Positions 1 to 14,679 of a DNA stretch of 64,000 bases are shown here, one piece after another. The notes under the pieces were generated by a model, which saw only the letters and a program-made list of their open reading frames with translations, ran no database searches and had not been told where the DNA came from. How positions within the stretch are numbered: the stretch's first letter is position 1; the number at the start of each line of letters is the position of its first letter. This stretch comes from Octopus vulgaris (taxonomy: Eukaryota): assembly GCA_951406725.2 (NCBI GenBank), contig OX597824.1, positions 73,780,001-73,844,000 on the forward strand. Reading direction: 5' to 3'. Made by a program: the position numbers and the translations under genes.

Positions 1-964
1 ACGCTTCTGCGTTTTCGTTTCAGACACGGCAGAGAGAAGTACTTCCTGAAAACTTCGGCGAAGTCTCTCCGTAAACACCCGTATAAAAATGGATTAATAA
101 CAGAGTTACTGATACCCAAAGAAAGGGCATAGTTTTTGATCAGTTCAATGCTGTGTTTGTCAAGAGATGGTATATATACGAGTGGTCCAGCGATAAGATA
201 AGGCAACCAGAAGACCAGAAAGGTCACCGACACGACGCACATCACATAAGTAGCTCGTATGTTTTTCTTTTGAGATATAGCTTCTTTCGATTGAATCATT
301 GGCGGTGGTGGCATCTTACGTATTTCTCTGTAGGTTAGGATGTAGAACAAAGTGATGGATATTATGCCAAAGGATACCGTCGTAAAAGAAGCCCATACGA
401 TGTAGGCCCTTGGAAGTACTTGATAAAAATCGCAGTGGACGTCCGGTCGCCAGGTATTCAAACCGAACAGAGGAGTTAAGCTGAGGACGGAGACGTATAT
501 CCACAAAAGAGCAATAATTACTTTGGCCGTTTTGTGCGTGATCAAAGTGACATAACGAAATGGAAAAGTAACTGCTACGAAACGTTCAAATGCTATGGCG
601 GAAAGATTGAATATGGACGATCCGCAAGAGGCTATGATAAAAACGTATTTAAAAAGACATGTGTATTTGCTTTCAGCGAAACCTTCCAGTTCCAAATAAT
701 GCATCGAATAGAATGGAATCACAAGAAGTCCGACAAAAAGATCAGCTACAGCCAGACTGGACACAAATATGTTGGAGACGGTGTGTAGACGAGGAAATGT
801 GGCGATGCATCTGATAACCACGAAGTTTCCTCCAATTATGAATGGTGCCAGTAGCAGATTTACCGTTAAGAATATAAAATTATGATATGACAAGTTGACC
901 GTTTGGTAGTTTTTGTTGGTTAGGTTTGCAGTTGCGTTAATGAAATCCATAACGCTATCAAGAA
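1..964 (-). CDS. Class A (rhodopsin-like) GPCR, uninterrupted 7TM exon, 3' end beyond window; putative terminal exon C
   Basis: Manual translation from ATG 950 is open to base 1: MDFINATANLT...GGNFVV (TM1), SLAVADL (TM2), TC...AFERF (TM3), LLWIY (TM4), ECL2 Cys, FWLPY (TM6), NSVINPFLY (TM7), helix 8 RRDFAEVF. N-terminal sequons NAT/NLT/NLS. Acceptor tttcag at 965-970 and in-frame TAA near 987-989. Confidence 0.96.
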
Positions 965-2072
965 CTGAAACACTTTTCAAGTTTTGTTATAGAATTTTAA
1001 ATATATTTCAAATAAAACAATAAAATGTTTTGCGAGCATCATATGAACGAAGAAATAACAGTAGTGAAAGTTAGGTGTAAATTAACACTATATGTTTATG
1101 CGCATACATAACTTCAAAAATTTTTTTGCTATATTGCTTAACCGAAGACATATACATGCGTCGTAAAAAGAAACGAATTTTGATATTTCGAGCCGAGTTC
1201 CTCTTTGAAGATTTGAGAAGTATTTCTTTTTCTTTTTAGCTGATGTAGGCCATCATTAATTTCCTCGGATTTTAGACTTTTCTTTTCAGTTTTAGGTACA
1301 CCGTTTATTGTTTCAAGCCACATTTTAAGGAGCTCAATACTTCAAAGTGCTCTGTGGAGTATTAAATAATCTGTAAAACCCGATCAAATTACATTGTTTT
1401 AGGTGTAAACTAAGTGGATTCAGTCTTGAATAAAAGGATCACGTTAATATTTACGACTTTCACATACTTCAGTTCCAGATATTTCTTTCACAATGATGAC
1501 AGCTGCTTCAAACGTGGTTGAAATTCTAGCCAAGGACAAAGACGGTTATATTTTCGAAGTTTCATATGTCGTCATATAAATCACATAAGAAGGAGAATCT
1601 TCTTGCTAACGAAACTGTGAACCTTCTTGGGCGGGGTTCAAATAAACTAATTCAAAGAAAGAATAGTTTTGAGAAATCCTGGATGAATATTGAATTGTCA
1701 AAAAACAACAAAAAATGTCTAATATGTAGAAAAGGGTGCAATACAAACAAATTACATGCACAAAGTTTTACACATCAGGCATAAAAGAAAGTAAATTATA
1801 TATAACTGCGTTTAAATACAATCAATAATTTCGTAGGTAGATTAGGTAATCACTTGATTTGGGGATTGATATTTGTGGAAACAACAGCCTCTAGTGGGCA
1901 AGAAAAGAACGCACAACGAAGGAAGCACATTTTGAAAGCTTTGCCGATTAATAGTTAGCAACAGATCTTCAAGTTATATGCAAAAAACATAAAAACACAG
2001 AGTAGAGAATTCGTTGGTTAATCAATGACTCACGAATCGAAATCCATAGCTTGTTTATATCGACATAGTGTC

Positions 2073-2105
<33 letters not shown>

Positions 2106-2540
2106 TAATAATAATAATAATAATAATAATGATATTAATAATAATAATTTTAAAACGATACCATGAGCGGAAAATGAAAAGGAAAGAAAAGGATGCTACA
2201 TTCTTTTTTTAAAAAAAATATAGAACAGGTATCCTAATTGTTTTTTCTAATATAATTCCATTCGGATCTTGGATATGTTGTAGGAAGAATTATGTTAGTC
2301 CTTTCTTTGTGCGTAGGATCGAACTCAGCTGTATTCCAAGAGTCCATTCGTGGTTTAGTTACGTACTGCTTTTATCTGGAAACGGTGAGAAAGTTCCATC
2401 ATCTTTAAGTGTATCCATGTATAAGGATGCTTGGTTCCAGAAATATCATCGTTGTATTTCGGTATTCGGGTAATCCTTTACAGATGGTTCATCAACCTGG
2501 TGCGCTTCAAAAATGGTCCTTTATATATATATATATATAC

Positions 2541-2602
<62 letters not shown>

Positions 2603-2737
2603 AAGAATTTATCAATGTATGTACATCACATATGTATACGGTATGTGTACATAATTAGAAAGAATGTCAGAAAGCTATTTTAATGGGTTGATGACAGGGA
2701 ATATAAATATGATATATGCGTATGCATGACAATGACA

Positions 2738-2777
<40 letters not shown>

Positions 2778-2967
2778 CGTGTATGTATGTATGTATGTAT
2801 GTATGTATGTATGTATGTATGTATGTATGTATGTATGTATGCATGTATGTATGCATGCATGTATGTATGTATGTATGTATGTATGTATATATGTATGTAT
2901 GTATGTATGTATGTGTATGTATGTATGTATATACGTTTGTATATATGTATGTATGTATTTGTGTGTG

Positions 2968-3001
<34 letters not shown>

Positions 3002-3570
3002 TGTATGTATGTATGTATGTATTTATGTATGAATGTGTGTGTGTGTGTGTGTGTGTGCGTGTGTGTGTGTGTATGTATGTATGAATGCATGTATGTATGT
3101 ATGTATTAGTGATTTGTGTTCGTGTACGAAGTTGTCCACTCGTCTGCTACAGATATACATAGAGAAATTAAGTTCATTAAAAACACGTCAAAACAAACAC
3201 ACACGCACACTGACACACACACACATACACACAAACGCGCACACATATACAAACACACATACACACGCCCGAACACAGAGAAACAGTCAAACAACACTCA
3301 CACACGTACACACATGCCCAACACATATACACATATATGTGCAGTCACACATTGAAACAATAATTACAGCCAGTTTTAATTTGCAGTGCAGTGTCAACTC
3401 AAAACAACACCATATACCACACACACACACACACACATACACATAGACACATACATATATACACATACATATATACACACATACATACATACAAACTTGC
3501 ATATATATACATATATATAGACATACATATATACATACATACATTCATACATACATACATACATACATAC

Positions 3571-3625
<55 letters not shown>

Positions 3626-3663
3626 TATAAATGTATATATATATGTATATATATACACATATA

Positions 3664-3723
<60 letters not shown>

Positions 3724-3884
3724 CATATATATACATATATATACATATATATATATACATATATATATACATATTTATACATATATATATATGCATATAT
3801 ATATATATAATATATAAATATATATACACATATATACATACATATATATAAAGAAGTTATTATGCACGTACGCTGCGAAATATA

Positions 3885-4347
3885 TAATAAACCTTTACAT
3901 AAATAAATAACGTGAAATACACGAAGGGACGAACAAAAAGACAAACGGGTCATTCAAAGCCTTCATTCTTCAGTCAGAAACTGATCCCTCAATCGGCCGC
4001 TTGTTCAACATGTGTCTCGTTACCGAAAAGGTACTTATTTTTCCACGCTGTTGATATTGTTTTTGTGTCTCTCTGTTTGTCTCAAAGCCGTAGGGCGGCC
4101 TGTGTCATCCATGTTTTTAACCGTTACTGTCCCCAAAAAAGATTTTTCGTTTCATGTTCGTCTCTGTTGCGTTTCATTCTTTCCTTCTGTGGCTGGCTGA
4201 TTCAGAGCGGATCTCAGAATTAAACAGCCGAAATCTGCGATGAGGGATCAGTTTCTGACTGAAGAATGAAGGCTTTCAATGACCCGTTTGTCTTTTTGTT
4301 CGTCCCTTCGTGTATTTCACGTTATTTATTTATGTAAAGGTTTATTA
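3885..4347. mobile_element. Fold-back non-coding Penelope-like element, 107-bp inverted arms with degenerate hammerhead-like motifs
   Basis: 3885-3991 is the reverse complement of 4241-4347 (1 mismatch). GGCTG..CAGCC-GAAA and CTGAAGA-at-GAAG motifs. TA-rich flanks; related to 20004-20303. Confidence 0.6.
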
Positions 4348-4435
4348 CATATATATATATACATACATATATATATATACATACATACATATATATATAT
4401 ATATACATACATATATACATACATACATATATATA

Positions 4436-4948
4436 TCTATATATATAAAACTGTAGTTGTGTGAGTGTCTGTCCCCTTCGATTTAGATTCCTAACTACTC
4501 CCACATTTTGCGGTGCAGTTTAACCAAATTCGGGTATCTTATAGTCGTGATTCATATCGAGCCCGTCTGAGTATTAGCGCGCGTCTACGATGAGTCTACG
4601 ATTTTAAAAATAATTTAACATAATTTTTTATTCCATTTCAATGCATAATTTTTCGTGTGTCGATGGCGGCAGAGTTGGCGTCCATGGTCACACCTGCACC
4701 TGTTTGCTTCTCCCCCTTCTTCCCTCCCTCGTGAAGCTGTGGGGAAGGGAATTTAAGGAAATCAACGTCGTAAAGCGTTGTCAAGGAGACCAGCGTTCTT
4801 TTAGAACAACGACTTCATAGCTTGAAGACACCAAAACAGAAATGGCTAAGAAAGCCCGAATTGGCATCTATAAGGGAAGTAACTCTCTAAAAATGCTTAT
4901 ATAGTTATTTCCCTTACAAACCCGAGCAACGCCGGGCGATACTGCTAG
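4436..4948 (+). mobile_element. Non-autonomous Helitron
   Basis: 5' TC, subterminal hairpin CCCGagcaacgcCGGG, 3' CTAG, inserted between A and T without TSD. Second copy at 42410-42796. Confidence 0.85.
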
Positions 4949-4952
4949 TATA

Positions 4953-5072
<120 letters not shown>

Positions 5073-5075
5073 ATG

Positions 5076-5157
<82 letters not shown>

Positions 5158-5451
5158 TATATGTATGTATGTATGTATGTATCGCGCTGAAGGGTTGTAG
5201 CCGAACAAATCGACTCCAGGACTTATTTTTTAAGTCTGGTACTTATTCTATCAGTTTCTTTTGCTGAACAGCTTAGTTACGGGGGTCGTAAGCTCACCAA
5301 CACCGGGTGTCAAGTGGGGATGGGGGAACAAACACATAGAAAATACACACACACACATATATTTGTGTGTGTGTGTGAGTCTGTGGGTATATGTAAATAT
5401 ACGGGTGTTATACATGCACATGTCTGCGTACATATATGTAAGCATGTGTTT

Positions 5452-5529
<78 letters not shown>

Positions 5530-5856
5530 ATGTATATACACACACATACCCACGCGTGTGTATATTCTCTGCCTCATATGTATCGATATATTTGTGCATG
5601 CTTTCATCATTATCATCATCGTCGTCGCTTAGCGTCCACATGGAAAATGGACATTGGGCGAGGATGATGATGGTGGTGGGTGCGTGGGCAGAGGTGTTGT
5701 GGGCATGTGGTCTGGAGAGGATATTTATGTGTGGGTGAGTGTGTGCGTGTATATGTGTGTATATATGCGTGTATGTATGTATATACATGTATACATGTGT
5801 ACGTGCATGTAGGTATGTAAGTGTGCATATATGTGTATGCATATGGGTTTATTATG

Positions 5857-5887
<31 letters not shown>

Positions 5888-6313
5888 ATATTTATATATG
5901 TGTGTCTATGTGTATATATGTGCATGTGTATGGATGCGCATTTATATATATATATATAAATATACATACGTTTGTATGTATATAGACATGTAAAAATACA
6001 TAAATACATAAAAAAATGCATACATACATGCATGCATGCATACATACATACATACATTCATACATACATACATACATACATACATACATACATACATACA
6101 TTCATACATACATACATACATTCATACATATATACATACATACATACATTCATACATACATACATTCATACACACACATGTATGAATGTATGAATGAATG
6201 AATGTATACATACATGCATACAAATATACCTACACACACGTACACACACACACACTCGCATGCTCACAGACACACATACACTCACTCACATATATTTATA
6301 TATGTATTTATTT

Positions 6314-6348
<35 letters not shown>

Positions 6349-6369
6349 ATGTATTTTATATAAATATAT

Positions 6370-6420
<51 letters not shown>

Positions 6421-6422
<2 letters not shown>

Positions 6423-6760
6423 GGTCCCGGGTTGATTCGGGGTTAACCACAGTAAATAAGGTACTCAATACATAGCAGAGTAAAATTAATTTATTATATA
6501 GAAGGAGCTTCTACAGGACTAGAACTGTTTCATTCAAGAGAAATCATCAGGAAGCTAGTTAACAAGAATTGTTTTGGCATTTATACATTTAGGCAGGTTT
6601 AAAGGGGTGGTGGTGGGGGACTTTTTGGGGGTAGGCATAGCGCAAAAATATCATACTTAGGGAGTGGTCAAGGAGTCAGTGGTAAAGTAGATAAAAGAAT
6701 AAATAAAAGAATAAAAAAATAAATAGAAGAATAGAGTTTTAGGTAAATAAGGAGACTCTC
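6421..6760 (-). mobile_element. Penelope-like non-coding repeat with hammerhead-like core (6518-6560) between (TA)n tracts
   Basis: Minus strand CTGATGA-tttctcttgaat-GAAA-cag-TT. Stem I pairing imperfect. Same family as 37051-37226. Confidence 0.55.
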
Positions 6761-6824
6761 ACTTATACATATACACATATGTATATATATATATACACAC
6801 ACACACACACATATACATACACAC

Positions 6825-6894
<70 letters not shown>

Positions 6895-7013
6895 ATATAC
6901 ACACACGCCCACACATACATATACATACAAATATATACATACACACACATACACATCACACACACATACACACACATATATACATACACACATGCACACA
7001 CATGTCCATATAT

Positions 7014-7053
<40 letters not shown>

Positions 7054-7343
7054 GTGTACCTATACATACCTACACATACACACATATACATACACATACA
7101 AACCCATTCCCTTATTTTAATTTTATTATTATTTTCTTTTATTACTTTTGTTATCTTTGACCGCGGTCACAAGCATCTTGGCTATCGTCCCCCTGGGGAC
7201 GACAGCAAGTCCATTTATCTTTCTACTCGAACACAAGCACTCACTCACGCACGCACACACACTCATTCGTACACTCATACACATACACGCACGCACGCGT
7301 TATATATATTTATATATATATATATATATATATGTAATTATAT

Positions 7344-7376
<33 letters not shown>

Positions 7377-7378
7377 AT

Positions 7379-7410
<32 letters not shown>

Positions 7411-7698
7411 TAAATATAAATATATATATATTTATATATAAATATATATATATATTCATATATTAATATATATATATATATTCATATATAAATAAATATA
7501 TATATATATATGCATACATATACTTACATATACATACATAGACATATATATATATATGCATAAATATGTATGTGTATGTATATGTGTGTGTTGTATGAAT
7601 AACTAGCTTTTCATAAACAAAACTGATGTACTGCATGTGGTTTCTGTTTGTGAGTGCATGTGCAATGGTATGCGCACATGTGCACACGTGTGTGCGTG

Positions 7699-7744
<46 letters not shown>

Positions 7745-8381
7745 GTCTGAGTAGGCAGGAAATGTTTCGTTGGTAAACAATTTTGTTGGAATCGTCGGAA
7801 ATTCCTCTCCCAACGGTATACAAACTTAAGAAACTCTACACTTTATCTTTTAACATACACCCACACATAGATATATGTATGTGTGTGTGTATGTATGTAT
7901 GTATGTATGTATGTATGTATGTATGTATGTATGTATGTATGTATGTGTGTGTATGTATGTATGTATGTATGTATTATGTATGTATGTATGTATGTATGTA
8001 TGCATGTATGTGTGTATGTATGTATTTATGTATGTATGTATGTATGTATGTATGTATGCTTGTATGTATGTATGTATGTATGCATGCATGCATGTATGTC
8101 TGTATGTATGTATGCATGCATGTATGTCTGTATGTATGTTTGTGTGTATGAATGTATGCATGCATGCATGTATGTATGTATGTATGTATGTATGTATGTA
8201 TGTATGTATGTATGCATTTTTTATGTATATATGTATTTTTACATGTCTATATACATACAAACGTATCTACACACACACATACATACACACACATGTATGA
8301 ATGTATGTATGAATGCATGTATACATACATGCATACAAATATACCCACACACACGTACACACACACACACACACCACACAC

Positions 8382-8434
<53 letters not shown>

Positions 8435-8488
8435 CACACACACACACACACGGATAGTTTCAGAGAAGAATAGAAAATGTGTGCGTGT

Positions 8489-8539
<51 letters not shown>

Positions 8540-8702
8540 AAAGAGAGAGAGAGGGAGAAAGCGTGAGGTGCCGAGTTTGAAATGTTAGTGAAATACCATA
8601 CGCCATATTACGTAAATGAAAGAGATTAGCAACAGAATAGCGACTAACTCTAATGTCATTAAAGATGAGTGAGGCCAAAACAACATTAGCAACAGCACCA
8701 CC

Positions 8703-8734
<32 letters not shown>

Positions 8735-9291
8735 CAATAGCCACTAACCAAAAAATACGAGAGTTTCTAAGTGGTCGCTCGGTATGTTAGAAATAGCAGC
8801 CAAATCACCCTCAAATCAAATCCCAGTTTTTTTTAGAAGGAAGGACACATTGGAAAGTTGAGTCATATATAAATAAGTGGCACTGAAAAGAAAAAATACT
8901 ATTTGGTCACGATTGGAATGTTTTTAATCAAAGGTTTGTTCAATCGGGGTTGTTGGGCTAATCATCATCATTATCATCGTCGCCATCGTCACCATCATTG
9001 TCATCGTCGTTATCATCATCATCATTTTTGTCGTCATCATCATCATCATTATAGTTCTTGTCACCATCATCATCATCATGTGATCTTAACCATCGTCATC
9101 ATCATCATCATCGTGATCGTCGTCGTCGTCATCGTCATCATCGTGATCGTCATCATCATCATCATCATCGTGATCGTCGTCATCGTCATCATCGTGATCG
9201 TCGTCGTCGTCATCATCATCGTGAACATGGTCATCGTCATCATCGTCATTATCGACATCATCATCATCGTCATCATCATCATCATCATCAC

Positions 9292-10206
9292 CATAGTTTA
9301 TTGCGAAGATTGCAATTAATTGCAATTAATTCCAGTCCAATTCCCTTTCTTCGAGAAGTCTTTGGTAAAAATACAAAATCAAAGTGCCACTGAACTGGCT
9401 GCAGATGAAAAGGAATCTGTTGTAACCTTAAAGCTGCCCAATATACCAGAACAAGAAACGATTTTGGACAATGAATCGGACGACTTAGCGTGCAATGTCC
9501 TCATAAAGCGTCGAAGCGAGATGGGTGCTAGCCAACCACGTTATATTAATACAGCATTCATTTTGCCAACGAGTAACTTGGTTGAAAGGTTCTTCAGTGT
9601 AACAGCGAATGCCTTCGATGATACAAGACATCAATTATCACCCGTATATTTGGAGATGCAACTGTTTTTAAGAATAAATTACCATCTTTGGGATAACGAA
9701 CTTGTTTCGCGTATCGTTTCATCCAATCCCCTCATGTAAATTGTTAAATGCATACTCATTTTAATTGCTAATAGTATAAAACCGTCCTTTTCCCATTCAT
9801 ACGTTTTTTCTGTCTTGATTGGGGTGGTATGGGTCCTAAAGGGGGTGTTGTAGGCATGTTTTTCCATCCTAGGTCATATCACACATTGGTGGTCGATTTT
9901 GTCATTCTGGCAGGCGGTGTGAGAATTTTTAGAAAATTGCGGGTGATCCAAACATCTTTCGAACAGCAAAGAAATAGATCAATCAAAATTGAGAAAGTAG
10001 AGCTTTCATCAGAAATATATTATTTTTGCAAAAAATAACACTTTTGGATGCGTAAAAATTTTACTAGGGGATTTTCTGGAGAGCATTGCAATTATTTATT
10101 GCGACGAAAGAAAATTGCAATTAATCTATTGCAAAAAAAATAATAATAATAAATAAATAAAATCCAATAAATTCATTGCAACGAAAAAAATTTATTGCAA
10201 GCTCTG
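9292..10206 (+). mobile_element. Internally deleted hAT DNA transposon with C-terminal dimerisation-domain remnant
   Basis: ORF 9320-9739 contains ILPTSNLVERFFS...LSPVYLEMQLFLRIN. TTGCAAT subterminal repeats at both ends; right end ...TTGCAAGCTCTG. Confidence 0.7.
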
Positions 10207-10342
10207 CAATGCATTTTTGACAATACCTGCCTCCCATCCCCCAAATCCCCGGCAAATATCAAAGAAGTATTACCCCGGGATGTGGGGTATTTAGAGGGTT
10301 CGTGATTTTTCTTAGAAATGAAATACGTTTTCCTTTTCATTA

Positions 10343-10806
10343 GACTGCAGCCATGTTGGGATACCGGCTTGAAGAATTTTCAGTCGAATTAATCGACCCA
10401 AGTAATTATTTATTATATTTTTAAAGCCTGGTAGTTATTTTATTAGTCTGTTTTGTCGAACGCTAAGTTATGGGGACGTAAACACACCAACACCAGTTGT
10501 CAAGCCGTGGTTTGGGAACAAACGCAAACACATACACACACACACACACGACAGGCTCCTTTGAGTTTCCTATTTCTTTATTGCCCACAAGGGGCTAAAC
10601 ATAGAGGGGACAAACAAGGACAGACAACCGGATTAAGTCAATTATATCGACCCCGAAAGGATGAAAGGCAAAGTCGACCTCGGCGGAATTTGAACTCAGA
10701 ACGCAGCGGCGGACGAAAAATACCACAAAGCATTTCGCCCGGCGTGCTAACGTTTCTGCCAGCTCCCCGCCTTTCAGTTTCCGTCTACCAAATCCACCCA
10801 CAAGGC
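10343..10806 (-). mobile_element. SINE family A fragment interrupted by SINE family C (about 10567-10772)
   Basis: Matches other copies of both families in the window. Confidence 0.7.
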
Positions 10807-11185
10807 TTCCAACAAGCAAAAGGTTTTAGTTCGTTATCTTTCGGAATTTTCTGTGGAATCCCGCCGTTCCATTGGGAGGTTGCAGTTTATAAGCAACAAA
10901 AAAGGCACTGTTTCGATTTACGATGGAGAGTAACCCATATAAACGTTTGTGAGAAGTTTGGTACACGTCAAAACATTTTTTATAATACCAGAAACAACAT
11001 GGAAAACTAAAACAAAACAATTAAACATATTCATTAAAGAATATTTCGTTAAGGAATGTGTTCACTGATGTAACGTTTATTCTTAAACTTCTTTCATTTT
11101 GTTTCAATGTCAACGAACTGTCACTTTTATTTAGAAAGTTAAAGTTTATCATTTCAACTTATATTTTCGCTTACTCATGTGTACA

Positions 11186-11216
<31 letters not shown>

Positions 11217-12095
11217 CATACATACATACATACATACATACATACATACATACATACATACATACACATACACATACTTAGGCATATATGTATAAGGGGA
11301 GAGAGAATGCACAAAAATTACATACAAACATATATTCACACGTATATACAAAGATACTAGCGTACGTACACGTACACACTCTCCTCCACATACATATACA
11401 AACACATATATTGTCTCACTTACACACACGCACACACACACATACACACACACACACACAAGCACACACACACTCACACACACACATACACACACACATA
11501 TATGTATATATATATATAAGTATGTCAGAATTTGCCAAAGGTTAATACGGATATACCAAATATTTCCCCGGAAATTGCTTGAACAATAGATGAAAGAGAT
11601 ATGGAAAATAAATATGATGACAGACAAGCATTGTGACTCATGATAGTATCTCCAATTACAAACTGCTTGTACTGCTTGAGTGGAAAGAGTTTAAAAGAAT
11701 TAGGTAATTGTTACTGGGAGAACAATTGTATCGGCCGATGACCCAACACCGTCGAATAGAAAATGAAAGCAGACGGCAAATTTGTTAAGAACTTGTTGGA
11801 TGAAAAAGAGGCTGTATTACGAGGATGGAAAGTTAAGAATGATTTACCAGTAAATACCACCCACCATAAAGAAAATGAATAACCAGAGGGCCTCCACGAT
11901 ATATCAAGCTGCCAGATATCTCTTTATATATAAAGCTGAAGTTGTCTGTGTATGGCAGGTTTGGTAGCCTTCAACTAACACTATCTCTTCCGAGACCCTG
12001 CGATGCAAGTTTACCAAAATTGAGAGTATGATAGAAGAAGTCTTGCTCTTCCTTCCGTAGAAGAAATAATTCAAATCTGACCATGTTAACACCAA

Positions 12096-12317
12096 AAATT
12101 ATTTACATCAAAAAGGTGTGTGTGTGGGGGGGGGTCAATGAAAATCCCTATTTTTTACGATTTTTTGACTGCTTTGTCGCCATTTTTCGGTGTATTTCAA
12201 CCAGAAAAATGTTCACTTAAAGAGAATAACAAGCTACATAATGCAATTTTTTTTTACTTTTCAAAAACTCCAATTATAAAGGGTCGAAACAAACCCGAGC
12301 AACGCCGGGTGATACTA
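12096..12317 (+). mobile_element. Helitron 3' fragment
   Basis: Same acaaacccgagcaacgccggg-gatact terminus as 4436-4948, but CTAG is missing. Confidence 0.55.
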
Positions 12318-12889
12318 AATCTCCCGCGAATCACACCATCAAAAAAAAAGGACGGGGTTTCACAACATAATGAGGTACTTGATGCGCTGTGTCTGAAAAT
12401 AGACATGATGGTCATGGTTGAAGCGTAATTGATCATGACCTTTGATCATAAGTCTGTTCAGTAAAGGCTAACCTGAGGTTCAAACAACAACACGATAGAT
12501 AACAGCCTATAAGCATTGGTTTCAAATTTTGGCACATGGCCAGCAATTTCTGGGGAAGGTTAAGTCTATTACATCGACCCCAGTACTCAGCTGGGACCTT
12601 TTGTTTGGCTGCCAGCATCAATCAGCGTCAATTTCTGTTCGAATTAATTTCATATTCATTGTGATGATAAAGAGTTTATTAGCAATTAAAGTTTGAAAAT
12701 TTTGGGTAATTTTAGCCAATCGTAACCAACAGAGACATTCATGCCTGTTTCCATGGTAACAAGCGGAACTTGAGAATTATTTTGTCTGCGAGAAAGCACG
12801 TGCTGACAAATATGTTGAAACTAAAACCACTTGATGTAGTTTGTTCTTAGTGCTTGCTCTTGGGCAGCACAGATTAGGGCCTCCGTTTC

Positions 12890-13295
12890 CGGTTTTAGAT
12901 CACTTTTAGTCATCCACAGCCATCTTTTTTCTCTGTCTGTCGTATCTTCAACATCCCTATGAAATTGACCACGCATTCTTTTATTTACTCACCTATTTTC
13001 GGTTTCATTCGTTTTCAATTTCTTGTATAATGCTTTATCTTTGCAATCTTTCATCCTACACAAGCCTGACCTTCCTACTTCTAATGATAGCGGTTCTGTG
13101 GCATTTTTTACATACCATGCTATGTTGTTTTCTTCTGCTCTAATGCTGTGTTCGCATCCAATAAGTCCTCTTCTCCCTCTTTTTCTTGGTACATACAGTC
13201 TGTCTGTGTCACTTTTTGGGTGGAGTGACCCATATCTAGTTAGCAACTTCCTTGTCTTTCTGTCTAAGCTGTTTAGTTCGTCTACTGTCCATGTG

Positions 13296-13351
<56 letters not shown>

Positions 13352-14320
13352 GTTAGTACATGCTAATTTAGTTTTCAGGTATTTTATCTTGATGCTTGGT
13401 GACAACAAATTTCCTCAAATCTCAAAAATCTTTTTTTGGGGGTGGGGGTTCTTGCAGAAGAGGGGATGGTACTTTTCTGCAGGTCGACAATGCCAGTTTC
13501 AATCCCAGTCTCTTTCAGACTTTTAGATAGCATTTTGGGTGTTGTGCCAAGCGCTCCAGTTTCTACGGGAATAATTGTCATCTTGGTCTTCCACAAACTC
13601 CTTAGCACTCTGGCTAGATCCTGATATTTCTCAATCGTTTTCAATTTCTTTGGTGTCATAGGGAATTGCAAAATCTATGATCATACACTGTTTATTTTAT
13701 CATCTATAATCATATCTGGTCTTCTTGCTTCAATAATTCGAGCAGTCTTTATGGGAAAGTCTCACACGATCTTGGAAATCTTACTTTCAATCACAGATTC
13801 TGATTCATGTTCATACCACATTTTTGTTGCTTTGAGCCTCCAAACTCGACTAACATCCCGATGCACGCTTTTGCCTACACAGTTATATCTGTGCCTATAT
13901 TCCTTTGGTACTAGTATACTTCACTCACTCAAAAAGTGATCGATACTTTCATTTCCTTTCCTACAGATTCTATATTTGTTGTCTGACTGAGTTTTGTCGA
14001 ATTTTGCCTTTATTAGAGTTTTTTTTAAGGATAGTAACTGAGCAGCTTTAATTGGCACCTCTGTCTCTTGCTTTAATTTCTCGTCCGTCAACCAGAGCCA
14101 GCAATACTTACTTTTAGCATTCTCAGTTTGTTGCATGAATTGGCCTTGTAGTTCCATTTTATTCCATTCGTTTGATCTGTTGTTTTTCCTTTTCTCTATG
14201 AATCCTCTCCCTATGTCGGTCACTTTTTAGGTATCTCTGGTTGCCGATAGTATTAGTATTCTTTCTTTACCCTGCACAACATAATTCTTCATACCCAGTA
14301 TCGCAGTATTAACAACATCC
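12890..14320 (-). mobile_element. Two degraded R4/Dong-like non-LTR retrotransposon fragments separated by (TAA)n
   Basis: DRKTRKLLT..LHPKSDTDRLYVPRKRG (post-RT), degenerate zinc knuckle RICRK..ESIDHFLSE, restriction-like endonuclease RRPD..IDFAIP..EKYQDLAR..IIPV.TGALG. (ATT)n at 13295-13349. Confidence 0.85.
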
Positions 14321-14430
14321 AGGGCAAAGAAACTCACTGCATACATTGGTAAGCCATTAAAATAAACACACAAGATTGTTCCTTTACAAAATCAAATAAA
14401 TTTATGTAAAAAGAAAAGGATATTTACATA

Positions 14431-14645
14431 CGAGGGGTACTAAAATTTCTTGGCTTTGGGCAAAAGAAAATACAGGAGGATCAGTTAATTACGATTTTAC
14501 TGAACATATTCCTCCCTCAGATTTACACACTTATTGTAGCGGTCGGACAGTTTTTCTAAGCCCTGCAAAAGAACTTGGAAGGTTGGGCCTTCAACCACAC
14601 CTTTTGCGATACCTTCAAAGTCAGGAACTTCTCAGTACCCTCTCG
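14431..14645. mobile_element. Mariner-type MITE
   Basis: TA|CGAGGGGTAC... ...GTACCCTCTCG|TA with imperfect TIRs of about 28 bp. Confidence 0.75.
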
Positions 14646-14679
14646 TAGAATGTTATCGTTCTCACAGCGACAATGTTCT

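Noticed and set aside
153-788. Plus-strand and alternative-frame short ORFs
   Set aside because: They are shadows of the minus-strand GPCR.
11540-12095. Complex-looking sequence as a possible extra exon
   Set aside because: Frequent stops and no recognisable motif or phase-compatible splice pair found; probably decayed TE.
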